From Octopus vulgaris (Eukaryota), in contig OX597825.1 of NCBI GenBank assembly GCA_951406725.2, forward strand, positions 57,908,001-57,972,000: DNA of 64,000 nt, in the 5' to 3' direction. Shown in pieces: positions 1 through 13,753 of the stretch. Position 1 is the first letter of the stretch; every line of letters begins with the position of its first letter. A program made the translations under genes and the position numbers. Below the pieces are notes generated by a model. It had not been told where the DNA came from and searched no databases. It saw nothing but the letters and a program-made list of their open reading frames with translations.

Positions 1-639
1 CTGATGGTCAGCGTGAAGAAGAAAAGATGCCGTTTTTAGAGAGCCGCCTTAGAATCCGTGAGGAAGAAGAATCAGACACATGTCGACTCTACACAATTAT
101 TTCGGTGAGAGAATATACCACGAGAATATTCTTACGTTGGGATCACCATTTTAGTGAAGAGTAAACACGAACCCTGTGTTCTTGTTTGCGTTAAGGTGCG
201 TATACTGGTGTGACAAGCAGCATCGAGTCAAAGTTCAACAACAAGTTTTAGAACAGGGCTCATACAAAAGTGAATGTGAATAAATAAAAGTTGTACAAAC
301 GTGGTTACACCTTATGGGATTGACGCTGAAACAGAAAAGAGTAAGAAATGGGCCTGCTACATATTGCGGTAGCAGTAATGGTCAAAGGCGAAGCAAGCTA
401 GCAGTCCTTGCAGGCTGTATCAGTTGACAAGTCAAACTGCTCACGAGCGAGAGAGGCGGAAAAAAGAGAAAGATTCGTTGTCTCTCTAGGGTTTTTTATA
501 ACTTCCGAGCGGAAGCACCATCGCAGCACCACCTACCGACGACAGAATGAGGGAGTATAACTCTGCTCGGTTCCTTTTGGCCCTTATGACCCTGCTACAA
601 ACTAAAAGTCGGAGGGGGACGGGATAAACTACCTGCATC

Positions 640-1387
640 AACTTGCTATAAAAGCAGGTAGTAATTTTACCTTGCACTTGTTCTTAGTGCAAGTTTTGAA
701 GAGTGCAGTTCAATTTTAACATTTATTTTTTCAAAGCTATAATGGAAGTGACAAAAGACCATATTTTGCTTGATGAGTTAAATGGAGGTAACAACGCGAC
801 AGAAAGTGCGGAGAATATTAATGTAGTATATGGGGATCGGACAATAAGCGTAAGCCAGGGTCAATGGTGGTTCCAGAAATTCAGAGCTGGAAACTACAGC
901 GTAGAAGACGAGCCTCGGCCTGGAAGATCTGTAGTGTTCAATGAGGACATTCTGTAAACCTTGATGGAACAAAATCCCATCGTAACTGTTGAGGAGCTAG
1001 CAGAGAAGCTTGGATTTGGTCATTCAACCATTCCTCGACACTTGCATGCCATCGGAAAAGTCAGTAAATCGGTTCAATGGGTTCCTCATGTACTTTCCTA
1101 GTCTAATCACGCGCAGAGAGTGAATGTGAGCACTTCTTTGCTGTCGCGTTTCATGAATGGACCTTTTTTGGACCAAATAGTGACTGGTGACGAGAAATGG
1201 GTTCTCTATAAAAATGTGTAGCACCGAAGACAGTAGGTAGGGAAAGGAGAAACACGGGTACCCCAGACTAAAGAAAGTCTTCACCCACTTAAGTTGTTAT
1301 CTGTTTAGTGGAATATGAAAGATTTAGTCCACTTTGAACTCTTAAACCAAAGCCAAACGATAACAAAGAAGATCTACAGCGAGCAGT
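640..1387 (+). mobile_element. Truncated, inactivated mariner transposon (5' part)
   Basis: ORF 703-957 MEVTKDHI...WWFQKFRAGNYSVEDEPRPGR is a mariner HTH region. WVPH and IVTGDEKWVLY motifs follow, with in-frame stops. Confidence 0.85.
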
Positions 1388-1579
1388 GATGAGCTGTAAA
1401 TAAAGTTAAGCGCTTTATGCCTGCGAAACCATTGTTCACTCTATGACCAGACATATATTTACATGCAGTTAAATACATAACTGTTCTATGCTTTAGAAGT
1501 GTGCTTCTTTTTCGGATATATGGTCCACTGATGATCTTGATGATGATGATGATGATGATGACGACGATGATATATAATA

Positions 1580-2065
<486 letters not shown>

Positions 2066-2094
2066 GAATATATCATCATTATCATAATCATCAT

Positions 2095-2495
2095 CCACAA
2101 ATCCACACATTATAGAGGCACACACACATGTACACATCCATACACGTCAAAGTCCCTAGCCTCTATCCACACACATACACTTACACATTCTCATTTACAC
2201 ACACGCACGCACACCTTCGTTTTGGGATCACCAATACTTTATTATCTCCCCCTTCTTTCTACCTCTCCTGTCAAACCTTTTCCCCCAACCAGTTACCATG
2301 CTTGACTGTTAAATCCACAAGTTTTTTTTATTCTCTCTCTGTTTATTTTCCCTTATTCCTTTCTGTTGAAGAGCGTAGTCTCGAAACGTAAAAGACTTTC
2401 TCACTTTCCCGAGCGTCAAACTAATACACCTACTTGTTGTTCGAACACCTGTCTTCGTCTTTTGTTTTTCTGTAAATTTCAACTATATATATATA
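2095..2495 (+). mobile_element. Penelope-like element 3' tail fragment with hammerhead-like motif (also 28363-28765)
   Basis: Matches the reverse complement of the Penelope tail at 56000-56290. Carries TTGAAGAGCGTAGTCTCGAAACGT at 2366-2390 and ends in (TA)n. Confidence 0.65.
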
Positions 2496-3469
2496 ATTAA
2501 GATTCCGTTGAATAAGGTACTTTAAATTGAGGCACCTTACTATGGCGGTATAATCCGCACACCTAAAAGATATTAATTGAATACTGAATATCAGGACTCC
2601 GTGCAGGGGTGTTTGTACTTGATATCTACACAAAATTGTCATATGGTTAGTAGTAAGGGAGTGCCTGATGGGGTGGGAATGCTACTAGGAAGAAAGGATA
2701 GATAGAGATGGCTAATATTTACTTTATTTATCACATTAAGGAGGAATATAATGAAAAATTAAAAGAATAAGTAACACAAACATTAGAGGTGGAATTTAGA
2801 ATCAAAGGATGGGGAAGTAGTTGATTATGTCTCAGCAAACTCACACCATTAACGCGAGAAAATTTAAATCAATGTTTGGAAGAAGGAAAGAAATTAAATT
2901 TAAAACCTGATAATGGGATGCTTTAATATATAAGAAAAAATATATTAAGACGTTTCTTAAACATATTGTAAGAATGTATAACGGAATTAAATTATCATAT
3001 GAATAAAAATTCACATTATATTTTAAACAGGAAAAAGAACTATTCCTTTCGTTACAGATGGATGAATATAAGATATCTTTAAAAATAGTATCTAATATAT
3101 AGGGTAATTGAGATAGCGGTATGCTAAGTGCATTCGGATACAGACAGCATTTAAACCAATTTGGGAATGCAAACACTTAGTGACTATATAGCATGATATA
3201 ATAAAATAAGAATTCCCAATCCTGTAAATTATATAAAAAAAAGACCTTATAAATTGTCAAAAAAGTTTTTTTATATAAACTAGCATTATGACCCGTCGTT
3301 GCCGGGTCATAGTGCTAGTGCATATATATATGTGTATATATATGTGTACATATTACATGTACATCTCTCTCTCTCTATATATATATATCTACACATAAAA
3401 TACAAAATACAAACTTATATCCTGATATCGCTAGTGATAACAATACTGAAAATATATAACAGACTGGAA

Positions 3470-4281
3470 TTGTAGGCCCATCTCTTGCAATTTCGATCAA
3501 TTGTATCTTGTCCTCCCTCTTGTATAGAAGTGTGGCTACAATCCAGCCTACCTCTACTTTTGGGGGGACATTTTAAATTTTTATCTGGGACGTCCTACGT
3601 CCCAGATATAAAGGTAGAAATAAAATATTTCCACTTTGCAAGGTTCGAGTCGAGTACTCCCTTGCACGCTCTGTTGACTTGAACCTTGCTTTTATTGTGG
3701 CGAATTTACTGCCTCTGGTTATATACTTGATATATTTCATAGTCGCACCAAGACACTTTTCGATGGTACTTTCCTCCAGGTGTTCAAATCTTTTTTTTTT
3801 CTCTACATTGTATACTTTATAGACAATAGTTTTTTCTTTAATTCAATTTTTTATTTCGTTTCGTGGTGTTATCCTAGATTCACTGTCTTTGTCGGTGATC
3901 AATCCGTATTTCTTCCATTTTAATTTCAATGAGTTCGCGCTCGACGACGGCTGCAGCGAAATTCATTTTTGGACATTCTTCTATCGAAGACATTTTAACA
4001 AAAATGCTTCCGTGTAAACAGTGAAAATATTTTCAATTTCCCCAAACAGGGACACAATTCAATTTTTAAACAATAACCAAAGCTCCTTCTCCCAAAGGGG
4101 GAGGGTTACGGTTTACAATTATTTAACAAATGCAACACAACAACGCTTCCCTTACGAGGAACCAACAAACGTGATAACAATAGTTAAACAGAAATAATAA
4201 TTACAAACCTTACGGTAAACCAAAAAGCAGTACTCTGTTGAAACTATAGGCCTTTATGGATCAGAAATAAACCAGCAGTGG
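3470..4281 (-). pseudogene. Older Tx1/L1-family ORF1 and 5' region fragment
   Basis: Minus strand reads LEESTIEKCLGATMKYIKYITRGSKFATIKARFKSTERAREYSTRTLQSGNILFLPLYLGRRT, homologous to ORF1 at 8629-9165 (IEKCLKQIWQEITYSNRGKRFGTVEVRF...LLPSYRGRRT). Confidence 0.75.
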
Positions 4282-4555
4282 TACTCAGTAGAAGCATCTG
4301 ATTTTTTTATTACCCACAAGGGGCGAACATAGAGGGGACAATACAATCTGATATGGAGTCAGACTAACGAATGATAATTACACAAAATGATGAAATTTAA
4401 AAATTTACAAAGAATGACAATATAATTAAAACAAAAATCGAATGATCGAGCAGACCAGAAGACATTACGGATGGAGTGGGGGAGGGTTTAGCTCGGACCC
4501 CACGAGCCCCGCCTCGCCTCGCCACTGATACTTGGGTTTTCATCTTGTTTCACAT

Positions 4556-7500
4556 TTATGCGGCAGCATCCATACGCAACATCCGTGCTACATTCTTCCA
4601 TCGTTCTTTAAACACTTTCTTAGTCAGGCATTTTCTCTCCAGCCCTATTTTCCTTTTCAGATGGAAGATGAAGTAATTCATCAGTCCAGGGCCAGAGATG
4701 AAATTGCCTGACTCTAAACCTTTCAGCCTCGTCTTCCAAATCACCTCTCTCGCAATTGCTACTACAACGAGAAAACAATTCTTACCTTCTTTCGAGAGGA
4801 AATCCGGTGGGTCAATTTTTATTATAGACTCAGTCGACAGCTGTACTCTTCGTGTGCTTAACAACAGTTGTTCGGCATAAACCCACACCTCTGACACGTC
4901 CGAACATTGAACAATAGCATGCGGGACGGTTTCCCTATCCCGCTCGCATCTTGGACATGTCGGACTGCCTCGGCCACCGTGCCTTGCGAATTTGTCCCGA
5001 ACAGGTAAAGCTCCTCTGTAACACTGCCATGCCAGAGACTTCTGAAAGTTGTCCAGGGTCTTCGGCCCGAATGTACGTTGGAACAGACTGGCCAGCTGAT
5101 TATCATCGAGACCTAGGGTTTCCCTTAAAGTATCGTCACATTCCGCCTCTGCCAGCCCTCTATAAAAGAATGTGGTGGAACCCCCACTGCAGGCGTTGCC
5201 CGAGCGACGGAATAGCAGGAGTGCCTTGCGACACTCCGAATACCATGTGCCCAGTTTCGATCTTCGATTCAACCAGGTTTCCCATCCACCGAAACTAGTG
5301 AACTTGGGAAACATCAGTTTTGCCAGCGGAGACCACACCCGTTCACCATCCAGGTAGAGCCACAGATGCCTTAACTTCAGCGCATGTCTGCGCATCAACA
5401 GCCAAGGCATCCCTAGCTCACCCTTTAACGGTTGTTGACAGCAAGTAGAGCGTTTCACAAGCGGTTTCGAGCCCCTCCACAAAAAGTGAAAGAGCTGTCT
5501 TTCCAGCTTGATCAACCACGAATCAGGGCAAGGAACGATGGATAGGTGGTAGGTGATGACCGATGCGATGAACACATTGGCTACCGCCGCCCTTCCTTTC
5601 AGGATAGCCACCGCCAAGACCAGGTCTTGACTACTGCAGCCACCCTGCTCGATACCTCGGCCTAGTTTTTCTCTATTTGGAGGTCTGGTCCAAACCAAAC
5701 CCCTAGCAACTTCATCGGACCCTCCGTCCAACGTCCCACGAAACTGTCAGGAGGCATCGACTTGCCTCTCCAGGTGCCGAGCTGCAAGCCGACTGACTTT
5801 TCACGATTAACCTTTGCTCCTGCCACCGTCTCGTAAACCTCTATGGCCTTGCCTACCCTCTGTAGGTGATCCATTTTGGTTACGATGATGGCGATGTCAT
5901 CCGCGTATGCTGACACCGATTTTCCACCACCTGGCTGTCTCGGGATGCCGCTCAGTCTTCGCAGTAATGGCTCAAGAGCCATCACATACAAAAGCGGGGA
6001 GAGCGGACACCCTTGACGAACCGAGCGTTTGATGTTGAACGGCTTCGATAAGAAGCCGTTCACCCGAACTACCGAGTCGATGTTATCATAAATTTGAATA
6101 ATCCACCTGAGGAAGCCAAGGCCCAGGCCAAACTGTGCCAGAACGGACACCAGGTAGCGATGGCCGACCCTATCAAAAGCTTTAGATTGGTCTAAATGGA
6201 CCAGTGCCCCACCCTTGCCAGAGTCACTATTAAACCCCTCTATAGTGTACCGCATGAGATGGAGATTATCCTGAATGGATCTGCCGGGAACGACACGTGT
6301 CTGTGCCTCCCCGATCAGACCATCCGCGACACGCGCCAATCTTTTCGATAACACTTTGGCCAAAATCTTCACCTCTGTGTTAAGCAGAGTGATGGGCCAG
6401 AAATTATCAATACAATCCCCCTTGTTCGGGTCCTTTCTGACAAGCGTCACTACTCCCCGGCGCACAGACCTGGGAATAAACCCGTTCAGCTGCCAGTTCG
6501 CATAGACCTCCGCCAGTAGGTGCCCGAACAAGTCTGGCATACTCTTATATAACTCATAGGGTAGACCATCCAAACCCGGCGCCTTACCCGTGCTGCAGTC
6601 CGCCATCGCCTCAGCCACCTCCTCAGGCGTGATTGGCCCTTCACAGCTCTCCACGTCTCGCCCCAATAGGCGCGGCAGCCCGTCGAGGAGGTCCATAAAG
6701 TCCCTCTTACTATCCGGTCCGCCGCCCCCTCCGAAAAGCTGAGCGAAGTGCTCCTGAAAGGCCTGTCACACATCTCCTCGGGTTCGTTTATCAACTTACC
6801 TTGTTGGTTCGTCAAAGATCGAATTGTGGCATCATTACCACGTTGAGCTTCCCCCACTCGGGCCCATCTCGCGGCGTTGATTCCCTCACAACCCACTGCG
6901 CGGATCCTGGCCTCGAGGTGCTGGTTTAACGCCAGTCTCTTGGCCGCCACCTGAGCCAGTTTTCATGGCTTCCTCTAAATCCTTAACTAGGGTTGATCCC
7001 CTCCTAGCCTCTCTAGCCACTAATCCTATGCTATATCTAATTGACTCGAATTTAAGGGCTCGCTTGAGAGCATACCACCATTTGTTATTAATGATGGCAC
7101 CACATAGCGCCCTCTGAATCATAGTCCTAATCCGGTCTCTGTACTCCTTAATCGCCAAAAGGGACGTATTAAGTTTCCAATAACCGGAGCCTCTATTATA
7201 GACCTTATCTATGTCAAGCTTACAGGTGGCCATTTTATGATCACTGTAGCTGACCGGGTAAAACTGTGGACACTTAGCTATTTCTCTATCTACTTTTCTA
7301 ATTAGTATTCTATCTATGTAAGACCTGGAAGATCCGTCGCTACTTGACCATGTCCACAATGGAGCGTTCGGAAATTCCAACCTATAAGGATCTGCTAGCT
7401 CAAAACGTCTTAGCAGTTCCAGGAAGTCAGGGTTACCTTTTCTATCTTGACGCGAGCCAACACAATCTACATCCGCCTTGCAAATTGTGTTATAATCTCC

Positions 7501-7830
7501 TAGCACAACTAATGAATGTGAAGTACCAAGAAACTTCTCCAGCTCTCGAAAATACTCACTTTGCCCATTTTTTTTTGGGTGGGGGGTGTGCATAAATTGC
7601 AACCAGTTTGATAACTTTACCGTTACTGAACGTCAAATCCATGACGACCAGCCTACCTTCTGGATCTGAAAAAATTAACTTTTTCTCAAAAACCCGGTTT
7701 CTTCTTAATAGGACCAACACCCCACTCCCGCTGGCAGGACTGGCCGGAGAGAAAAAACTCTCGTAGCGGGAGCAGATCTCTTGGCCCCTCTAACCGGGTT
7801 TCTGTAGCAACAATGACATCCAAATACCTT
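4556..7830 (-). pseudogene. LINE ORF2: AP endonuclease, reverse transcriptase and C-terminal zinc knuckle (disrupted)
   Basis: APE motifs VLGDYN, SYIDRI, SDH. RT motifs KAPGLDG, LDQSKAFDRV, QGCPLSPLLY, YADD. Zinc knuckle CPRC...ETVPHAIVQC. Split over several frames. Confidence 0.9.
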
Positions 7831-7880
7831 CATATCAGTGGTCGGCTCGTTCTTCTTCATCTTTTTCTCTTTTGTCTTTT

Positions 7881-9165
7881 TCACGGGCCCATGGGGGGGG
7901 GGGAGTTACGCAGGCCCTCGAATATGTAAGGTGATATATCCATCCTCAGAGGGCCTACGTCATGGAAGAATTCGGACTTTATCCGTCCGTAATCCTTCTG
8001 GCCTAGTCTGTATATTATAAAATCTTTAGTTCTTTTCACTTTTCTTACCGTTGACATTGCTGCCAATCGGTTCACAAGTCTATTATTTGATGCCTTGATG
8101 GCCATAAATGTGCTGGTACTTTCCTTTCTCTTTTTCAGGTTAGATTTCTGTTTTTCGTTTTTTTTCCTTCCTTTTCTTGGTAATTGTTGACCACCCCTCC
8201 TCTTTTTCATTTTCCTCGCAACTTTCTTTTTCTGTTGTTTCTGTTGTTCTCTTCGGTGTTGCCTCAAGTGAGTTGTCTGGTGTTGTTTCTGGTGGTTTTT
8301 CCTCTGCTTCTGGTGGTGCTGTTTCTTGCGGTTTTGGCTGGCACTCTGCTCTTACGTGCCCCTTCCTGCCATAGTTGAAGCACCTTGGCTTCCTGCCCTC
8401 TACAAATACTATAACTTTCTCCTCCTCATTAATTTTTATGGTTTCTGGAATTTCTTCCAGCGTTTGAATTTCGGCTTGAATAGCCATTGATATGCACTGC
8501 CCCATCCAGTGCTCCTCTTCTTCTACTGTAGCCTGGAGAATGTTAATTTTTTCCTCCAGTCCTACCATGATTGCTGCCACCAGGCATGTGGCATCTACCT
8601 CAGGAGGCATATTATTAATCTTAATTTTTTAGGTCCTTCGTCCCCTGTAACTTGGGAGAAGGACTATCTCATCTGCTTTCAATACTTCCGTTGATAGTTT
8701 TTTTGCTACTTCCTCCGACCTGAATCTCACCTCTACTGTTCCAAATCTCTTTCCTCGATTTGAATATGTTATTTCTTGCCAGATTTGTTTTAGACATTTT
8801 TCTATCTTCTTTTCCTCCACTCTTTGTATTGACTTTTTTGTTACATTGTAAGTTTTATATATTATTCTCTTTTTGTCCACTTCCTCGGTTGTATTCACGT
8901 TGGGTGTTATTATTGATTCCGTGCCTTCTTTCTTTAGGTTTGTCATGTACCTTTCCAGGTTACTTTTTTCTGTGTTGATTTTTCTTTGCTTCTTACCAGC
9001 AACTTCAGAAAATTTATTTGCTGGGGCTTTGTTCGCTTTCGGCGACACTGCCGGTGAACTTTCTTCACCTGACTCAGGTGAGTATGGAGTAAGAGTTTCC
9101 ACTTCCACTAATAATGGCTTAAAAAAGCCTTTCGCAAAAATTTTGGCTTCACAAGCTTTTTGCAC
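7881..9165 (-). pseudogene. LINE ORF1 (gag-like, CCHC knuckle; disrupted)
   Basis: RCFNYGRKGHVRAEC is a degenerate CCHC knuckle. In-frame stop at 8629 and a basic C-terminus. Confidence 0.8.
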
Positions 9166-9926
9166 AGTTTTGTATATAGTAACACAATAATTCTCCCGCA
9201 GGGGGGGGGGGATTTTAACACGTAGCCTTCAAACAAAGGCAAATAACAATTTTTCAACAACAAAGAATCAACAAAATTCACAGTGCACAGTCACAATAAC
9301 AAGTCAATGTACCGGTATTAAAGAATCCAACTAACAAAGTAACATACTCAGTAGAAGCATCTTTCGAGAAATCAGACATTACATACAGCCAAACTTCATA
9401 TAGATACTTAATGCTAGCTAATTAGCAAATAATCTTATGTAAAAGCCGTGCACACCTCCATCTGGACTATTCCATTTCTGCACTTAAATTTTATTTTTTA
9501 TTTATTCCTATTCATGTGAAACCACTGATTCAAGTTCAAGTCATTGATGCAATTTTATACCAATTGCTATTTTTACTTTTGTTATGTTACGATTATATTA
9601 TACTTTAGTTTGATTTTAATTATTACTTACTACATATAATTCAATTGTTATTATTATTTTTATTGTTAAAGTGAAAGTATCTGACATAAAATAGAGAAAT
9701 GTTTTTGTTTCACTTTTAACACGTAATACTGAAATAGTGGAGAAGATATGATATTGCTATTGGCTCGCTCTATGTAAGAAGTTGAAGATTTTTTTGCCCA
9801 CGAAACTACATGGACCCTAAGTAAGGCATGTGTAAAATTTGAATGAAGTTGGTTGTGTAGTTCTCAAGTTTTAGGGAAACACACAGACAGACAGACACAC
9901 ACACATTCTCAGTTTTATATATAGAG

Positions 9927-10910
9927 AGAATTCCCAATCCTGTAAATTATATAAAAAAAGACCTTATAAATTGTCAAAAAAGTTTTTTTATATAAATTAT
10001 AAACACTAAAAAAGTATATAAAGGATATATAAACATCAAAAGTAAAATAGGAAAAAATATAAAATTTTTTCACAAAATAAAATCATTTGTAATTACAAAT
10101 ATAAAATATATTATATTCTACAGTAAGCTTTATGAAAAGAAGTTCTAAACCACCAAGCCCTTTATAGGCTGTAGGAGCTATACACATGTATAAGAGAGTA
10201 TATATCATAAATACATCAACATTAATATAGAATATAAAAATTTCATTTTATAATAAATGTTATAAAATATTTTTTACAGAATGATATAAAAGGTATAAAA
10301 GAGATATAAATAAGGAAACAGAATTATAAATAAAATAAAATAAAATGAAATAATGATGATTTTATAAATTATATTGGTATATCAAAAAGAATTCCTAGAC
10401 TTGTTATTATCATTAATAGAATATAAAATAAAATATATGTAGTAAATAATAAATAGTAAATAAATTTACTTTTCCAAATGGGTTTATAACATCTTTCTAA
10501 AATACATCAAAGACATGATCTAAGTAGAATAATAGTAGATTTTAGGGGATATCCTTTACGCTTAGGGGAGGTGTAAAATTTAGTAATTTATTGCAAAATT
10601 TATGTTATACTATGAGGGAAGTGATTCCCAATACCGAAGGGGTAAATATATAATACAATTATTGAAATTTTATAGATCAAAGGGATTAAGGGTTATTAGA
10701 AAGCATTATTGAATAAATTTCAAGATAATTGAGAGTAGGCTATGAATGATATGATACTCTGTATAACTCCTACTACCAAAGTGCAGTATGGTATACTTAT
10801 TATTATCTGCTTCTAAAGTATTTAAATGTACGGGCAACCCTATGAACACATAACACTCTAAGATCTAATTTATTATTAATTAGGCTTTGTGTATCTCTAT
10901 ATTTAAATAT
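9927..10910 (+). mobile_element. Highly degenerate AT-rich Penelope-like RT remnant (continues from 2640-3279; paralog 30200-33009)
   Basis: Decayed motifs SPL*A, *YKRYKRDI (compare WYKRYVDDI), EFLDLLL and FRGYPL occur in the order expected for a Penelope-like RT. Confidence 0.4.
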
Positions 10911-11966
10911 ATATATATATTAGGGGGAGAGTTCACGAAAAAACAAAAGACGAAGACAGATGGTGTACAAAACAAACAGATGTATTAGTATAACGCTCAT
11001 ATATATGTGTGTGTGTATGTTTATGTATGTTTGTATGTATGCAATGAGTTTCTTTCAGTTTCTGTCTATGAAATCCACTCACAAGGCTTTGGTAGGTTTG
11101 AGGCTATAGTAGGGGACTCTTGCCCAACGTGCCACACAGTGGGATTGAACCCAGAACTACATGGTTGGAAAACAATCTTCTTCTTGTTTCATTTCTGCTA
11201 ATTAATTGCACTTTTATGAATGGGTTCTAATTTAAGCCAAGGCCTGCAATTTTGTGAGAAAAAGCTGCATTGTAGGATGTTCTCATTACCACCATTTATA
11301 AAAGTAATACAGGTTTGACATGCGGTGTCTAGGCTGTCTTGGCTGCATGATGGATAGTTGGGCAAAGTTTTGGAGGAATGAAGGATCATGTTATTTGCAT
11401 AAGGGTGAGTATTGTTGGATGAGGCAGCAAGAAGAAGAAGAGGAACAATTTTAAAACTTTATTGAATTCTAAAACAAACTTAAGACTTTATCATTAAATT
11501 TTTTCATCATTATCATCAGCATAATCATGAGAAATACATTTATCATTAGCATATTCATTATTTGGATTGTCATTATCTGCAGCATATTCATCATCAGCAT
11601 AATTATTAGCCTCATAATTATCTTTAGGAATATTCTTATTATTCATATTTATTATCAGTATAATCATCATTAATTGTTGTGATTAGAGAAGTATTAAACT
11701 AATTGTTTATGTCGTCTAGTTAGATGGGCCATGTTTCCATGTTCAAATCCTAGTAAAGGACAAATTGGAACATGAATTATTAATGATATTGGACCAGTTC
11801 AATTTAGTGAATTGAAAAAAGCTCTCTCTCACTCCATGGACCTAGCAAAGTAAAATATATGACACTATCACCATTCTGGTTATTGTTGCTATTGTAGTGA
11901 CTTCTGAAAATCATTAAATGCTAACTGGAAGTTAACCAAAATGTTGAAAATTTCTCCAAGCTGAGT

Positions 11967-12116
11967 CTACGGACATTCTGGTGGTATTTGGTTCTTTTGC
12001 TGTGAACATTCGCGGACAATACATTCAGCAACATCTTTCATGTCTTCATCATTTTTCACAGAAGTAAACAACAGGCCTCTGTCCATTCGAGTCATTATAA
12101 CATCACCTTTGAAGTC
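11967..12116 (-). CDS. ureG: UreG-like coding exon 6 (DFKGD...PPECP*)
   Basis: Acceptor tttctttaatgaacag|GAC; TAG stop at 11969-11967. Confidence 0.85.
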   Translation of the reverse strand, partial: DFKGDVIMTRMDRGLLFTSVKNDEDMKDVAECIVRECSQQKNQIPPECP

Positions 12117-13607
12117 CTGTTCATTAAAGAAAAAGACAAACAATAATAATCCTTTCTAATATAGCCACAAGGCCTGAAACTTTTTGTGGGGGTGGGGGCG
12201 GGAGGCAAGTTGATTACATTGACCTCAGTGCTCAACTGGTACTTCTTTCATTGACCCTGAAAGGATGAAAGACAAAGTCAACCTCAGTGGTATTTGAACT
12301 CAGAAGGCAAAGAGGCAAACAATATGTCACTAAACCATTTATCCAACACGCTGTGATTCTGCCTACCAACCACCTTAATAATGATATTAATAATAATACT
12401 AATATACAGACAGGTAGGTAAGCAACCAGATTGATTAAGTGGCAGACTGATTTGCTTGGTTGTTTAGGAGACCTATTGAGTCAAGTATGTCAACATCAAC
12501 ATCAAAATAAAAATCAAATGGAAATTGTACTTATGATACCTGTGCTGGTGGCAGGTAAAAAGCACCATCCGAACATGGCTGATGCCAGCACCGCCTGACT
12601 GGCATTCATGTCAGTGACACGTAAAAAGCACCAACTGATTGTGGCCGTTTGCCAGCCTCCTCTGGCTCCTGTGCTGGTGGCACGTAAAAAGCACCCACTA
12701 CACTCACGGAGTGGTTGGCATTAGGAAGGGCATCCAACTGTAGAAACACTGCCAGATCAAACTGGAGCCTGGCACAGCCTTCTGGCTTCCCAGACCCTGG
12801 TCAAACCGTCCAACCCATGCTAGCATGGAAAATGGACGTTAAAGGATGACGATGAAGATGATGGATGGTTGTTTAAATACTATGACAAAATCTCAATGAA
12901 AGCATCTTAAAGTTTCATACACCTACCTCCATATCAATATCCAGTGCTTTTTCCAAATCTATTTTGTTGACTACAAGTAACTCGCAGTAATCATTACCTG
13001 CTATCCGTTTCTTGATAACGTTCTTGCCACCTAGAAAACAGAAATTATTGTAATTATTAACATTATTATTGAGTGAGAGAGCCCAACATACCCATCATGA
13101 CTACCCATCTGATAAGGGTACACCAGGCACATGCATCACAACCATATGTGCATGACACAATGACCTCAAATCAAGATGAACAGCCCAAAACCTTGCAGGT
13201 GGGGGTCCAGTTAGAATTTTCTTCATGTCAAGTAGCCCATCCTGCTCAAAATGTCCCTGAATAAGGGTTATTTTAGGATAATGAATGAAACATCCATGTT
13301 ACCAGTGGTGAATTATTCAAACCCTATAAAATTGCTCCCCCACTACTTCTGCTTATGATAAGAGATGCACATATCATCAGCCACTAAGGGACATACTCAA
13401 CTGGTTAAGGTGAAGCAACTAATAAGCAAATCTGTGGTATTGAACAGAATATTTGCTGTAGCCCATCTTTTACACCAAGACAAAACAATGTACATGATTG
13501 CACTTCCAATCAGTTAAGATCAAAAGCCTTGAAAGCCACTGTCCAGTACTGCATCAGGGCATTATTATCAATTCCAGATCTTGTACATATAGTAGAAAGG
13601 ATTATTA

Positions 13608-13638
<31 letters not shown>

Positions 13639-13707
13639 GTTTTGGTGAGGTACCATGCAACTGAAAACCCCAATGTGTTGTTGTTGTTGTTGTGGTTGTT
13701 GTTGTTA

Positions 13708-13753
<46 letters not shown>

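Larger units (their letters stand above)
4300..9344 (-). mobile_element. Full-length Tx1/L1-clade non-LTR retrotransposon (frameshifted)
   Basis: 18-bp TSD TACTCAGTAGAAGCATCT at 4282-4299 and 9345-9362. Two-ORF layout with an A-rich 3' end at 4300-4310. Confidence 0.92.
3280..9926 (+). mobile_element. Helitron-like non-autonomous element carrying nested LINE sequence
   Basis: 5' CTAGCATTATGACCCGTCGTTGCCGGGTCAT hairpin; 3' ...AAATTTGAA...ACACAGACAGACAGACAC...TTTTATATATAGA. Absent from paralogous copy B. Confidence 0.5.

Noticed and set aside
1-569. CpG-rich segment, possibly a retroelement UTR or LTR
   Set aside because: No recognisable ORF, terminus or second copy in the window, so it cannot be classified.
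12540-12700. CRISPR-like spaced repeats (GGCACGTAAAAAGCACC; also 22340-22700)
   Set aside because: Degenerate internal repeats of a SINE in a eukaryotic genome, with no cas genes.
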